From positions 9,470-73,469 of the forward strand of contig JALSRQ010000015.1 of the NCBI GenBank assembly GCA_026984675.1: DNA of 64,000 nt. The letters are read 5' to 3'. Below the pieces are notes generated by a model. The model had not been told where the DNA came from. It made no database searches and saw only the letters and a program-made list of their open reading frames with translations. The DNA is from Thermaceae bacterium (lineage in GTDB: Bacteria > Deinococcota > Deinococci > Deinococcales > Marinithermaceae). This document shows, one piece after another, positions 15,005 to 25,174 of this stretch (its first letter is position 1; each line of letters starts with the position of its first letter). The position numbers and the translations under genes are program-made.

Positions 15005-17314
15005 GTGAACCGCCTCCTCCGCCCCCTCCTCCGCGAACTCGAGGACGGCTGCCGGGACCGGGTGGTGGCCGGGGGGCTGGAGCGGCTGGTCAAGAACCTG
15101 GCCAAGGGCCGGCCCGAACTCCTCGGGCTCCTCCTCGGCTACCGCCGCCTGTCCCAGGAGGAGCGCTGCCGGCGCCTGGTCGAGGCGTTAAGGCTCCTCG
15201 GGGTCGAGGCCGAGGCCCCGGAACTCCAGGAGGAGCCGGCGGCGCCCCCCCGGGGCGGGGGCCGCCCGCTCGAGGCCCCGCTCGCCGAGACCCCCCTCGG
15301 TCGGCGGGCGGCGGCCCGGCTCGCCAAGCTCGGCCTCCGGACGCTTTGGGACCTGGTCTACCACCTCCCCCGCCGGCACGAGGACCGGCGGGTGCTCCCC
15401 GCCTTCCGCCTCCTCAAAGAGGGGGCCCGGGTCACGGTCAAGGGCCGGGTGCGGGAAAAACGCCTGGTCCGCACCCCCAAGAAGGGCCTGCAGCTCGTCG
15501 AGGTCCGGCTCGCCGACCCCCTGGGGTACGGCCTCACCGCGGTCTGGTTCAACCAGCCCTGGGTGCTGAAGCAGATCAAGGAGGGCGAGACCCTGGTGGT
15601 CACCGGCAAGGTCGCCCGCCGAGGGCGGACCCGCACCCTCATGGTCGAGCACTTCGAGCCCGAAGAGGGGGAGTCCCTCTCCACCGGCCGCATCGTTCCC
15701 ATCTACCCCAGCACCGAGGGGATCAGCCAGGCCTGGCTGAGGCGCCAGGTCTGGCGGGGGCTCCGGCTCGCCTCCCCCCTGCCCGACCCCCTGCCCCAGG
15801 GGATCCGCGAGCGGGAGAACCTCCTTCCGCTCCGCGCGGCCCTCCCCCACTACCACTTTCCCCCCGACGAGGCCGCCATCGAGCCCGCCCTCAAGCGCCT
15901 CAAGTTCGACGAATACCTCTTCCTCGAGCTCAGGGTGATGATCCAGTCGGGCCAGAGCGCCCTGGTGGGCCACGTCTTCGAGGTCCGGGAGGAGTGGCTG
16001 GAGGCGTTTCGGGAGAACCTGCCCTTCGCGTTCACCCGCGCCCAGCAACGGGCGATCGCCGAGATCCTCGCCGACATGCGCTCCGACCGCCAGATGGCGC
16101 GGCTGCTCATGGGCGACGTCGGCTCGGGCAAGACGGTGGTCGCCGCCCTGGCCCTTTTCGTCGCGGTCCAAAACCGCCGGCAGGGGGCGTTGATGGCCCC
16201 CACCGAGGTCCTCGCCAAGCAGCACTTCCAAAACCTCCTCCGCTACCTCGCCCCCCTGGGGGTTCGGGTCGAGCTCCTGGTGGGCTCGATGAGCGAGGGC
16301 GAGAAGGACCGGGCCCGGGCCCGGATCGCCGCCGGCGAGGCCGACGTGGTGGTGGGCACCCACGCCCTGATCCAGGAGGGGGTGCGGTTTCGGGAGCTCG
16401 GCCTGGCGGTGATCGACGAGGAGCACCGCTTCGGGGTGCTGCAGCGGAGGGCCCTCCTGCAGGGTCGGCCCGACGTGCTGGTGATGACCGCCACCCCGAT
16501 CCCCCGCTCGCTGGCCCTCACGATCTACGGCGACCTGGAGACCAGCGTCCTCGACGAGCTCCCGCCCGGCCGCACCCCGGTGCGGACCAAGGTCCTGCCG
16601 GCCCGCCACCGCGCCCAGGCCTACGCCTTCGCCCAAAGGGAGATCGAAAAGGGCCACCAGGTCTTCGTGGTGGCCCCGATGATCGAGGCGTCGGCCTCCG
16701 AGCGGTTCGCCGAGGTCAAGGCCGCCAAGGCGCTCAAGGCCGAGGTCGAGCGGCTCCTCCCCGACGTCCGGATCGGGCTGTTGCACGGCCGCATGCCGCC
16801 GGCCGAGAAGGACGCGGTGATGGAGGCCTTCCGACGCGGCGAGTTCGACCTCCTGGTCTCCACCACCGTGATCGAGGTGGGGGTCGACGTGCCCAACGCC
16901 ACCCTGATGATCGTCGAGAACGCCGAGCGCTTCGGCCTCGCCCAGCTCCACCAACTCCGGGGCCGGGTGGGGCGGGGCGACGCCCAGGGCTACTGCGTGC
17001 TGATCGCCGGCGAGGCCTCGCAGAAGACGATGCGGCGCCTTAGGATCCTGGAGGAGAGCACCGACGGCTTCTACGTCGCCGAGATGGACCTGAAACTCAG
17101 GGGCCCCGGCGAACTGAGGGGCACCCGCCAGTCGGGCCTCCCCGAGCTGAGGGTCGGCGAGCTCGCCCGCGACACCGAGATCATCGAGGCCGCCCGCCGG
17201 GTGGCCAAGGCGATCCTGGCGGAGGACCCCACCCTCCGGCGGCCCGAGCACGCCGAGCTTAGGGCCGAGCTCCGCCGCCGCAGCCGGGCGCTCGGCCTGC
17301 GCGAGGTGATCTGA
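15005..17314 (+). CDS. recG: ATP-dependent DNA helicase RecG
   Basis: Wedge/OB region, Walker A GDVGSGKT, DEEH box, TATPIPRSL, QLHQLRGRVGRG. Start placed after the upstream stop (GTG 15005; TTG 14996/15002 also possible). Confidence 0.9.
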   Translation: MNRLLRPLLRELEDGCRDRVVAGGLERLVKNLAKGRPELLGLLLGYRRLSQEERCRRLVEALRLLGVEAEAPELQEEPAAPPRGGGRPLEAPLAETPLGRRAAARLAKLGLRTLWDLVYHLPRRHEDRRVLPAFRLLKEGARVTVKGRVREKRLVRTPKKGLQLVEVRLADPLGYGLTAVWFNQPWVLKQIKEGETLVVTGKVARRGRTRTLMVEHFEPEEGESLSTGRIVPIYPSTEGISQAWLRRQVWRGLRLASPLPDPLPQGIRERENLLPLRAALPHYHFPPDEAAIEPALKRLKFDEYLFLELRVMIQSGQSALVGHVFEVREEWLEAFRENLPFAFTRAQQRAIAEILADMRSDRQMARLLMGDVGSGKTVVAALALFVAVQNRRQGALMAPTEVLAKQHFQNLLRYLAPLGVRVELLVGSMSEGEKDRARARIAAGEADVVVGTHALIQEGVRFRELGLAVIDEEHRFGVLQRRALLQGRPDVLVMTATPIPRSLALTIYGDLETSVLDELPPGRTPVRTKVLPARHRAQAYAFAQREIEKGHQVFVVAPMIEASASERFAEVKAAKALKAEVERLLPDVRIGLLHGRMPPAEKDAVMEAFRRGEFDLLVSTTVIEVGVDVPNATLMIVENAERFGLAQLHQLRGRVGRGDAQGYCVLIAGEASQKTMRRLRILEESTDGFYVAEMDLKLRGPGELRGTRQSGLPELRVGELARDTEIIEAARRVAKAILAEDPTLRRPEHAELRAELRRRSRALGLREVI

Positions 17315-17333
17315 GCCGGATACAATGACCCCC

Positions 17334-18500
17334 ATGCATCCCCGCTGCCTGCGGGACCGGCTGGTGCGGGCCCTCGGACGCCACCCGGTGGTGGTGCTGC
17401 TGGGGGCCCGCCGGGTGGGCAAGACCGCCCTGGTCCGCGCGCTCGCCCGCCGGCGGGGAGCGAGCTACCACGACCTCGCCCACCCCGAGACCCAGGCCCG
17501 GGCCCGGCGGGGCCTCGAGGCCTTCGTCGGGGGGCTGCGGCTGCCGGCGGTGCTCGACGGCCTGGAGCACCTCCCCGGGCTGGCCCACGCGGTCCGCCGC
17601 CGGGCCGAGGCCGGCCTCCCGGCGGGGTCGGTGCTGGTGACGGCGGGGTCGGTGCCGGCGGCGCTGGCCCGATTGATCCGCTCGCCCCAGGCGCGGGCCG
17701 CCGTGCTCACCCTCCACCCCCTCTCCCTGGCCGAGCGGGGCGGGGCCTGCTTCGACCTCTTCGAGCGCCTCGCCGAGCCCCCCTCGGGGCCGCCGCCGGA
17801 GAGCTGGGAGGCCGCCTACCGGGCCGGGGGGCTGCCCGAGCTTAAGGACCTCGCCCGGGACGACCGCGAGGAGTGGTGGCGGACCTACCTGAGCGTCCTA
17901 GGCGGCCGGGCCCGGACCAAGGAGGCCGAGCGCGAGCGGCCCCTCCTGGCCCTTTTGGCCCGCGAGGGGCCGGCGCTCTTGAACAAGACCCGCTGGGCCC
18001 AGGAGCTCGGCCGCAGCTACCTCGGGCTGGAACGGGCGCTGGACCGGCTGGAGGGCCGGGGCTGGCTGCTCCGCCTACCGGCCTGGGCCCCCGCGGGGTT
18101 CAAAGGGCTCGCCCGCCAGCCCCGGCTCGCGCTCTTCGACACCGGGCTGGCCGGCCACCTGACCGGGACCCGCTACCCCGGCTGGCGCGAGCGGGCCTTC
18201 CGGCTCTTCGTCCTGCTCGAGCTCCTCCGCCACGCCGGCTTCGCCGGGTTGCGGCCCTACCACCTGCGGAGCTACGCCGGCCGGGTCGTCGACCTGCTCC
18301 TTAAGCGGCCGGACGGGCGCCTCCTCGCCTTCGCCCTAAGCCCCGCCCGCCGGCCCGCCGAGGCCGACCTCGGCGGCCTCGGTTGGCTGCGAAACCGCCT
18401 CGGCGAGCGGCTGGCGGCCGGCTACCTGATCCACGCCGGGGAGGAGGCGGGGGCGGTCGCCGGCTTTCCGGCGGTCCCCTTCCGGGTGCTATGGCCCTAG
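17334..18500 (+). CDS. AAA ATPase with DUF4143-like C-terminal region
   Basis: Walker A GARRVGKT. Walker B position reads VLDGLEH (D-G, not D-E). Start set to ATG 17334 because TACAAT (17321-17326) is 7 nt upstream. Confidence 0.65.
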   Translation: MHPRCLRDRLVRALGRHPVVVLLGARRVGKTALVRALARRRGASYHDLAHPETQARARRGLEAFVGGLRLPAVLDGLEHLPGLAHAVRRRAEAGLPAGSVLVTAGSVPAALARLIRSPQARAAVLTLHPLSLAERGGACFDLFERLAEPPSGPPPESWEAAYRAGGLPELKDLARDDREEWWRTYLSVLGGRARTKEAERERPLLALLAREGPALLNKTRWAQELGRSYLGLERALDRLEGRGWLLRLPAWAPAGFKGLARQPRLALFDTGLAGHLTGTRYPGWRERAFRLFVLLELLRHAGFAGLRPYHLRSYAGRVVDLLLKRPDGRLLAFALSPARRPAEADLGGLGWLRNRLGERLAAGYLIHAGEEAGAVAGFPAVPFRVLWP

Positions 18501-19222
18501 CCCACCTGCCCCACCCCGCCCTGCCCACCTACGCCTCGCCGCCGGCCCTCCTCAAGGCGCGGGGGCTCCGCGACTACCTCGAGCGGGTGCGAAGGGGGGT
18601 CGAGGCCGCCTTCGGACCCGGGGGCTGGCCGCGGGTAACCCTTTACGTGCTCGCCGAGCCCGACTGGCGCGAACGGCTCCCCCTGCCCTACGGCTACCCC
18701 GCCGCCCGGGTTCGGGGCGAGCCGGCGGTCTACGCCCCCAGGGACGTGCCCGAACGGCTTCGCTTCCGGTTGCTCGGGGCCCTCACCGAGGCCGGGGTGC
18801 CGCCGCCGGGCCCGGTCGAGGAGCTGGTGGACCTGGCCAGCGGCCACGAGTACGCCCACGCCCTGGCGGCCGGGCGGGGGCTCCTGGCCGGCGCCCGCTG
18901 GGCCGACGAGCTCCTCGCCAACGGCCTCTGGACCGCCGCCCTGGCCGAGGCCGACCCCGAGGCGCTGGAACGGGCGACGGCCTGGGCCGGCGCCCTCGCC
19001 GCCCTGCCGCTCGCCCACCCCCGGCCGGTCGGCTGGAGCGAGGCCCTGGCCCTCACCGGCCGCGCCCTGGCCGTCTGCCTGGAGGAGCCCGAACCCTGCC
19101 GCCGGGTGCTCGCGCGGGCCCTCCGGCAACGGCCCCGCCCGGCCGAGCTCCGGGCTATGCTCGGGCCATGGCGAAGGTATACGCGACCCGAAGGCTCCCG
19201 GGAAACGCCCTCGAACGGGTGA
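18491..19222 (+). CDS. Hypothetical protein with HExxH motif (putative Zn-peptidase-like)
   Basis: ATG 18491 overlaps the ATPase stop (ATGGCCCTAG). Contains SGHEYAHAL. The 3' end overlaps the next gene by 55 nt, so the extent is uncertain. Confidence 0.45.
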   Translation: MALAHLPHPALPTYASPPALLKARGLRDYLERVRRGVEAAFGPGGWPRVTLYVLAEPDWRERLPLPYGYPAARVRGEPAVYAPRDVPERLRFRLLGALTEAGVPPPGPVEELVDLASGHEYAHALAAGRGLLAGARWADELLANGLWTAALAEADPEALERATAWAGALAALPLAHPRPVGWSEALALTGRALAVCLEEPEPCRRVLARALRQRPRPAELRAMLGPWRRYTRPEGSRETPSNG

Positions 19223-20133
19223 GGGAGGCCGGCCACGACCTGGAGGTCTGGCCCGGCGCCTGCCCCCCGCCCAAGCCCGAGCTCCTCAAGGCGGTGCCGG
19301 GGGCGGCGGGGATCGTGACCACTCTGGAGGACCCCATCGACGCCGAGGTCATGGACGCCGCCGGCCCCTCCCTCCGGGTCATCGCCCAGTACGCGGTGGG
19401 GGTCAACAACATCGACCTCGAGGCCGCCCGGGCCCGGGGAATCCGGGTCACCCACACCCCCGGGGTGCTCACCGAGGCCACCGCCGACCTCGCCTTCGCC
19501 CTGCTCCTGGCGGCGGCGCGACGGGTGGTCGAGGGGCAGGACCGGGTGCGCTCGGGGGCGTGGCGCTGCTGGGGACCGGAGCTCCTCCTCGGCCCCCCGG
19601 TCCACGGCGCCACCCTGCTGGTGGTGGGCTTCGGCCGCATCGGCCAGGCCGTCGCCCGACGGGCCCGGGGCTTCGGCATGCGGATTCTCTACGCCAGCCG
19701 GCACCCCAAGCCCGAGGCCGAGGCCGCCCTGGGGGCGGTTCGGGTCGGGCTGCTCGACGCGGCCCTCCCCGAGGCCGACTTCGTGAGCCTCCACGTCCCC
19801 CTGACCCGGGAAACCGACCGGCTCTTCGACCGCGACCGCCTGGCCCGGATGAAGCCCGGATCGGTGCTGGTGAACACCGCCCGGGGCCGGGTGGTCGACA
19901 CCGAGGCCCTGCTCTGGGCGCTGGAGGAGGGGCCCCTCTTCGCCGCCGGGCTCGACGTCACCGACCCCGAGCCGCTGCCGGCCGACCACCCCCTGGCCCG
20001 CCACCCGCGGGCGGTGGTCACCCCCCACATCGGCTCGGCCGACCGCCCCACCCGCCGGCGGATGGCAGAGATGGTGGTGGGCGACCTCCTGGCCGTGCTC
20101 GCCGGCGGCGAGCCCCGCTACCCGGCGGTCTAA
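19168..20133 (+). CDS. D-isomer-specific 2-hydroxyacid dehydrogenase (glyoxylate/hydroxypyruvate reductase-like)
   Basis: NAD motif [10 protein letters not shown], plus catalytic-region R...E...H (PHIGSA). -10 TATGCT lies 6 nt upstream of the ATG. Confidence 0.9.
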   Translation: MAKVYATRRLPGNALERVREAGHDLEVWPGACPPPKPELLKAVPGAAGIVTTLEDPIDAEVMDAAGPSLRVIAQYAVGVNNIDLEAARARGIRVTHTPGVLTEATADLAFALLLAAARRVVEGQDRVRSGAWRCWGPELLLGPPVHGATLLVVGFGRIGQAVARRARGFGMRILYASRHPKPEAEAALGAVRVGLLDAALPEADFVSLHVPLTRETDRLFDRDRLARMKPGSVLVNTARGRVVDTEALLWALEEGPLFAAGLDVTDPEPLPADHPLARHPRAVVTPHIGSADRPTRRRMAEMVVGDLLAVLAGGEPRYPAV

Positions 20134-21308
20134 CCGGCGACCGCGCGGGGCACGTTGGCGAGCGCCTGGGCCAGGTCCTCGATCAGGTCCTCGGGGTCCT
20201 CGAGGCCCACCGAGAGCCGGACCAAACCGGGGGTCACCCCCTGGCGCCGGCGCACCGCCTCGTCGACCAGCTGGTGGGTGGTCGAGTAGGGGTGGGTGGC
20301 CAGCGAGTCGACGTCGCCCAGGCTCACCGCCTGGGCGAAGAGGGTGAGGCCGTCGAGGAAGGCCCGGGCCGCCGCCTCGCTGCCCAAGTCCAGCGCCACC
20401 ATGCCGCCGAAGGCGTCCATCTGCCGGGCGGCGATCGCGTGGCCGGGGTGGTCCTCCAGGCCGGGGTAGAACACCCGGCGAACCGCCGGGTGCTCCTTCA
20501 AAAACCGGGCCACCCGCATCGCCCCCTCGGCGTGGGCGGCCATGCGAAGGGGCAGGGTCTTCATCCCCCGGAGCAGCAGGAAGGCGTCGAAGGGGCTCAG
20601 CACCCCGCCGAGGTGGCGGAGGCCCTCGGCCCGCAGGGGTTCCAGCCGCTCCCGGGGCCCCACCACCGCCCCGGCCACCACGTCGCCGTGGCCCGAGAGG
20701 TACTTGGTCGCCGAGTGAACCACCAGGTCGATTCCCAACGCCAGCGGCCGGGTGAGGACCGGGGTGGCGAAGGTGTTGTCGGCCACCGAGACGATCCCCC
20801 GCGCCCGGGCGAAGCGGGCGACCTCGCGCAGGTCGTGGATCCGGAGGGTGGGGTTCGCCGGGGTCTCGACGTAGATCATCCGGGTCGCCGGCCCCACCGC
20901 CTCGGCCAGGGGGCGGTCGGTGGCGTCGGTGACCGCGATCCCGTAGGCCCGGACGAGGTCGTAGAAAAGCCCCTCGGTGCCGCCGTAGAGGGGCCCCAGG
21001 TAGACGATCTCGTCACCGGGCCGAAGCAGGGTGAGGACCAGCGCGGCGATCGCCGCCATCCCGCTGGCGAAGGCCACCGCCGCCTCGCCGCCCTCGAGGG
21101 CGGCGAGCTTCGCCTCGAAGGCCCGGGTGGTGGGGTTTTGCACCCGGGTGTAGACGTAGCCCTCCTCCTCCCCGGCGAAGAGGCGGCGGCCCCGGTCGAA
21201 GCCGCCGTAGGCGAAGGTCGAGGTCTGGTAGATGGGGGTGGTGAGGGCGCCGGTCGCTTCGTCGGGGTGTTGCCCGGCGTGAACCGCCAGGGTGCGCAGG
21301 CGTGCCAT
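20130..21308 (-). CDS. Cys/Met-metabolism PLP-dependent enzyme (methionine gamma-lyase / cystathionine gamma-synthase family)
   Basis: [15 protein letters not shown]-lysine motif. Start set at [12 protein letters not shown] (ATG 21308). Confidence 0.9.
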   Translation of the reverse strand: MARLRTLAVHAGQHPDEATGALTTPIYQTSTFAYGGFDRGRRLFAGEEEGYVYTRVQNPTTRAFEAKLAALEGGEAAVAFASGMAAIAALVLTLLRPGDEIVYLGPLYGGTEGLFYDLVRAYGIAVTDATDRPLAEAVGPATRMIYVETPANPTLRIHDLREVARFARARGIVSVADNTFATPVLTRPLALGIDLVVHSATKYLSGHGDVVAGAVVGPRERLEPLRAEGLRHLGGVLSPFDAFLLLRGMKTLPLRMAAHAEGAMRVARFLKEHPAVRRVFYPGLEDHPGHAIAARQMDAFGGMVALDLGSEAAARAFLDGLTLFAQAVSLGDVDSLATHPYSTTHQLVDEAVRRRQGVTPGLVRLSVGLEDPEDLIEDLAQALANVPRAVAG

Positions 21309-21350
21309 CGGCTCACTTCCCTTCGCGGCGATTGTACCATCCCTTACTTT

Positions 21351-21377
21351 CACATGAGAAACCTACGTTCTCATGTG
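21351..21377. promoter_or_regulatory. Perfect 10-bp inverted repeat CACATGAGAA-N7-TTCTCATGTG between divergent promoters
   Basis: The right arm abuts the extended -10 TGaTACCAT (21376-21384) of the response regulator. The left arm lies just upstream of, or at, the -35 position of minus-strand TGgTACAAT (21331-21339). Confidence 0.6.
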
Positions 21378-21390
21378 ATACCATTGGGGC

Positions 21391-22065
21391 ATGGATGCCC
21401 CTTTGATCCTAATTATCGAGGACGAGAAGGACATCGCCCGCTTCCTGGAGCTCGAGCTCCAGGCCGAGGGCTACCGCACCGAGGTCGCCTACGACGGGGT
21501 CACCGGCCTCTCCAAGTTCCGGGAGAAGAACCCCGACCTGGTGATCCTCGACCTGATGCTGCCGGCCAAGGACGGCCTCGAGGTCGCCCGGATCATCCGC
21601 AAGACCTCGAACGTCCCCATCCTGATCCTCACCGCCAAGGACCGGGTCGAGGACAAGGTGGAGGGCCTCGACGCCGGGGCCGACGACTACCTGGTGAAAC
21701 CCTTCTCCATCGAGGAGCTCCTGGCCCGGGTCCGGGCGCACCTCCGCCGGGTGACCCCGGCGATCACCGGCGAGATCCGGGTGGCCGACCTGATCATCAA
21801 CCTCGAGGGCCGCGAGGTCTTCCGGGGCGGGCGGCGGGTCGAGCTCTCCAACAAGGAGTTCGAGCTCCTCGAGCTGCTCGCCTCCAACCCCGGCAAGGTC
21901 TTCTCCCGCTTCGAGATCGAGGAGAAGGTCTGGCCCGGCTACCAGGGCGGCTCCAACGTGGTCGACGTCTACATCGGCTACCTGCGGAAAAAGCTCGAGG
22001 CCGGCGGCGAGCGGCGCCTGATCCACACGGTGCGCGGGGTGGGGTACGTTTTACGAGAGGACTAG
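21391..22065 (+). CDS. OmpR-family response regulator
   Basis: Receiver domain ([11 protein letters not shown] at LVKPF) and winged-helix output (GYVLRED). Confidence 0.95.
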   Translation: MDAPLILIIEDEKDIARFLELELQAEGYRTEVAYDGVTGLSKFREKNPDLVILDLMLPAKDGLEVARIIRKTSNVPILILTAKDRVEDKVEGLDAGADDYLVKPFSIEELLARVRAHLRRVTPAITGEIRVADLIINLEGREVFRGGRRVELSNKEFELLELLASNPGKVFSRFEIEEKVWPGYQGGSNVVDVYIGYLRKKLEAGGERRLIHTVRGVGYVLRED

Positions 22066-22139
22066 CTCGTGGCCTGTAGCCGGTGGCCTGTGGTGAGGAC
22101 CTCCCACGAGCTGCCCGCCACGAGCCACGGGCCAACCCC

Positions 22140-23573
22140 ATGACCCTCCGCACCCGGATCACCCTCCTCACCCTCACCCTGCTGGCCGCGAGCCTTCTGT
22201 TCATGGGCCTGGCGGTCTACTCGCTGCTGGCCCGCTACCTCTACCAGGGCCTCAAGAACGAGCTCGACGACGCCCTCGGCCAGGTGGTGCGGCTGGTGAA
22301 CCGGGGGGGCAAGAGCCTGCTGGAGGCCGCCCTCCCCCCCACCGTCTACGCCGAGGTCGACGTGGTGCTCGCCCTTCCGCCCCTGAAGCCCTCCGACCTG
22401 GCCCAGGCGGTGCCGCTGGTCAGGAGCCCGGCCCTCGGCGGCCAGCGCCTCAGGCTCAGCCCCCGGGCCTACGCCGAGCTCTTGAGGCAGCGGGTGCTCT
22501 GGGCCCGGGCCGAGCTGCCCCGGGGGCAGGCCGCCCCCCTGCCGCTCCTGGTCCGGGCCTCGCTGCTGGAGGCCCAGGGGCCGCCGCCCCTGGAGCGGAT
22601 CCCGGTGGTGGTGCTGGTCGCCAAGTCCACCGAGCCGATCGAGGCCACCCTCGACCAGCTGGTGCGGATCTACGCCGCCACCGCCCTCTTCGTGCTGCTG
22701 ATCGGGGGCTGGCTCGCCTACCTCCTGGTCGCCCGCACCCTGAAGCCGCTGGAGGCGATCGCCCGCCAGGCCGAGGCGATCTCGGCCCGCTCGTTCACCC
22801 CCCTGCCCGAGCCCGAGGGGGCCGGTGAGGTGGCCACCCTGGCCCGGGCCCTGAACCGCATGCTGGCCCGGCTGGAGCACGCCTTCGAGGCCCAGCGGCG
22901 GTTCCTGGCCGACGCCTCCCACGAGCTCCGCACCCCGATCACCGCGATCCTGGGCCACGTCGGCTACCTCAAGCGCCGCACCCACCCCAGCGAGCAGCAG
23001 ATGGAGAGCCTCGAGGTCATCGCCCGCGAGGGCGAGCGCATGCGGAAGCTGGTCGGCGACCTGCTGGAGCTCGCCGAAAGCGAGTCGGCCTGGCGGACCG
23101 AACCCCGCCCGGTGGCGCTGGGGCAGGTCCTCGCCGAGGTGGTCGAGGAGTTCCGCCCCACCTTCGCCGGCGAGCTGCGGCTGGAGCTCCCCCCCGGCGA
23201 GGTCTGGGTCCTGGCCGACCCCGACCGGCTCCACCAGGTCTTCGCCAACCTGGTCTCCAACGCCATCAAGGCCGGGGCCCGGACGGTCACCCTGCGGGTC
23301 CGCACCCCCGGCGAGCGGGCGATCGTCCAGGTCGCCGACGACGGCCCCGGCATCCCCAAGGAGCACCTCCCCCACCTCTTCGAGCGGTTCTACCGGGTCG
23401 ACAAGGCCCGCGACCGCGAGAAGGGCGGCAGCGGCCTCGGGCTCGCCATCGTCAAGGCGATCGTCGAGGCCTCCGAGGGCGAGGTCTGGGTCGAGAGCGA
23501 GCCCGGCCGGGGGACCACCTTCAGCGTGGCCCTCAAGCGCGCCCAACCCCCCGGGGACTACCCCGAGGGCTAG
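22140..23573 (+). CDS. Sensor histidine kinase (TM-sensor-TM, HAMP, HisKA, HATPase_c)
   Basis: H-box SHELRTPIT, N-box NLVSNAIKA, G-boxes DDGPGI and GSGLGLAIV. Start at MTLRTRITLL (ATG 22140). Confidence 0.9.
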   Translation: MTLRTRITLLTLTLLAASLLFMGLAVYSLLARYLYQGLKNELDDALGQVVRLVNRGGKSLLEAALPPTVYAEVDVVLALPPLKPSDLAQAVPLVRSPALGGQRLRLSPRAYAELLRQRVLWARAELPRGQAAPLPLLVRASLLEAQGPPPLERIPVVVLVAKSTEPIEATLDQLVRIYAATALFVLLIGGWLAYLLVARTLKPLEAIARQAEAISARSFTPLPEPEGAGEVATLARALNRMLARLEHAFEAQRRFLADASHELRTPITAILGHVGYLKRRTHPSEQQMESLEVIAREGERMRKLVGDLLELAESESAWRTEPRPVALGQVLAEVVEEFRPTFAGELRLELPPGEVWVLADPDRLHQVFANLVSNAIKAGARTVTLRVRTPGERAIVQVADDGPGIPKEHLPHLFERFYRVDKARDREKGGSGLGLAIVKAIVEASEGEVWVESEPGRGTTFSVALKRAQPPGDYPEG

Positions 23574-23944
23574 CGGCGGGCCAGCGCCCGGAGCCGCTCG
23601 GCGGCCTCCTCGGGGGTGAGCTCGCCGCGCTCCAAGGCGTCGAGGATCGCCCGCCGCTCGGCCTCGAGGTCGGCCGCCTCCTGGTAGCCGAGGGCCCGGA
23701 GCAGGGCGTCGAAGCGGGCCCGCACGGTGGGGTAGGAGACCCCCAGGGCCCGCTCCAGCTCCTTGAGGTTCCCCCGGGCCTTGATGAAGAGCCGGAGGAA
23801 CTCGAGCTGGTCGGGGGGCAGGGCGGCGAACTCGTTGACCGAAAACCGCCCCTCGATCCGGGTCTGGCAGCTGGGGCAGGCGAGCCCGGTGACCTCCAGG
23901 CGGTCGCCGCAGACCGGGCAGACCGAGGGCGCGGGGGGTCTCAC
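23570..23944 (-). CDS. DUF2089-type zinc-ribbon/HTH protein
   Basis: CPVCGD...CPSC zinc ribbon, followed by LEFLRLFIKARGNLKELERALGVSYPTVR. Confidence 0.8.
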   Translation of the reverse strand: MRPPAPSVCPVCGDRLEVTGLACPSCQTRIEGRFSVNEFAALPPDQLEFLRLFIKARGNLKELERALGVSYPTVRARFDALLRALGYQEAADLEAERRAILDALERGELTPEEAAERLRALARR

Positions 23945-24297
23945 GGTCCCACCACCTCGATCACCACGTCGTTGCCGTCCTCGTCGTGGAGGTCGACGAG
24001 CTTCCCGCTCGGCAGCCCGGCGGGGCCGGAAAGGAGGGCCTCGAGGTCGACCCCGTGCGCCCGGACGCGGGCCCGGGCCTGGTCGGGGAGGAGGGAAAGG
24101 GCCGCCCGGGCAAGGGCCAGGGGCAGGCGGAACTCCAGGCGGTCGCCGTCCTCGCTCCGCACCGAGACCCTCAAAAACCGCTCCGACGGGGCGGCGGGGC
24201 GCGCCTCCTCCAGCGCGTCCAGGAGGGCCTCGGCCTCCTCGACCCCGATCCGCCCCGCCGCCAGCATGGCAAGGACCCGCCGGCGCTCCTCGCTCAC
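23941..24297 (-). CDS. SHOCT-like domain protein (YvlB/LiaX N-terminal-like)
   Basis: VLAMLAAGRIGVEEAEALLDAL, then LRVSVRSEDGDRLEFRLPLALA...GKLVDLHDEDGNDVVIEV. GTGA overlaps at both ends. Confidence 0.65.
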   Translation of the reverse strand: MSEERRRVLAMLAAGRIGVEEAEALLDALEEARPAAPSERFLRVSVRSEDGDRLEFRLPLALARAALSLLPDQARARVRAHGVDLEALLSGPAGLPSGKLVDLHDEDGNDVVIEVVGP

Positions 24298-24971
24298 GCC
24301 CCCACCTCCAGCCGGCCCACCCCGATCTCGACCAAAAGCCGCGCCCGCCCCTCGCCGAAGACCCGGGCCTCCACCCGCCCGGTGCCCACCCGGCCCTCGA
24401 CCCGGAAGCTCGCCCCCGGAAGCGGGCGGATCGCCACCTCGCCCATGCCCACGGCGACCCGGTGCTCCCCCTCGGCGAGGGCCAGCCCGGCCGAGAACCG
24501 GCCCTTGCCGAGCTTGAGATCGAGTCCCAAAAGCCCCTCGACCGCCACCGTGCCGAGCCCCACCTCGCCCTCGAGGAACCCCAGGGCCCCGGCCTCGAAC
24601 GCCCCCATCCCCAGCTTCAAGACCGCCCCCCAGCCGGCCGGAAGACCGACCTCGATGCGGCTCGCCTTCCCGCCCAGCCCGACCAGGCGGATAGGGCCGA
24701 ACCCGCGCGCCCCCGCGGCCCGGAAGCGGAGCCGGGCCTCGCCGCCCTCCTGCTCCAGCTCCAGCCGGCCCTCGCCGTGGGCTGCCGCGGTGACCTCGCC
24801 CCCCCGCGCCGGCCGCACCACCACGTCGGCGCGATCGACGTCGAGGAAAAGCCGCCCCGCCTCCCGGGCGGCCGGGGCCGCCTCCCCCAACGCCGCGATC
24901 AGGCGCTCGGCCTCCTCGCGGTCGATCCTGCCCTCCTTCAACAGCCTCAGAATGCGCTCGAGCTCGGCCAC
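24294..24971 (-). CDS. SHOCT-like N-terminus plus beta-rich repeat domain (DUF4097 / putative-adhesin-like)
   Basis: ILRLLKEGRIDREEAERLIAAL, followed by repetitive G/V/E/L-rich beta-strand-like segments. GTG start at 24971 is inferred. Confidence 0.55.
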   Translation of the reverse strand: MAELERILRLLKEGRIDREEAERLIAALGEAAPAAREAGRLFLDVDRADVVVRPARGGEVTAAAHGEGRLELEQEGGEARLRFRAAGARGFGPIRLVGLGGKASRIEVGLPAGWGAVLKLGMGAFEAGALGFLEGEVGLGTVAVEGLLGLDLKLGKGRFSAGLALAEGEHRVAVGMGEVAIRPLPGASFRVEGRVGTGRVEARVFGEGRARLLVEIGVGRLEVGA

Positions 24972-25168
24972 CGCCGCCCCCTTTCCAAAAGCCTCTGGGC
25001 CAGGGCGCCAAGCCGCCGGGAGAAGGCCAGCAGCGCCCGCCCGGCCGCCTCCTCCAGCAGCCGCACGTCGGCCTGGGCGGCGCGGTAGTCCCGGGCGGCC
25101 GAGCGGATCCGCTCCCGAACCGCCTCCCGCCAGGCCTGCTCGTCGAACCCGCCCATCGGCACCCCCAT
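24947..25168 (-). CDS. Small helical hypothetical protein (73 aa), first gene of the operon
   Basis: The ATG is exactly 6 nt downstream of a TACAAT -10 box. Sequence is helical and charged. No recognisable family. Confidence 0.4.
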   Translation of the reverse strand: MGVPMGGFDEQAWREAVRERIRSAARDYRAAQADVRLLEEAAGRALLAFSRRLGALAQRLLERGRRWPSSSAF

Positions 25169-25174
25169 GGGAGA

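Noticed and set aside
14890-22079. Several long alternative-frame or antisense ORFs: 14890..17043 +, 15188..17422 -, 18730..20028 -, 19560..22079 +
   Set aside because: All overlap genes with clear motifs (recG, the dehydrogenase, the PLP enzyme, the response regulator). All translate to Arg/Pro/Gly/Ala-rich low-complexity sequence, so they are frame shadows.
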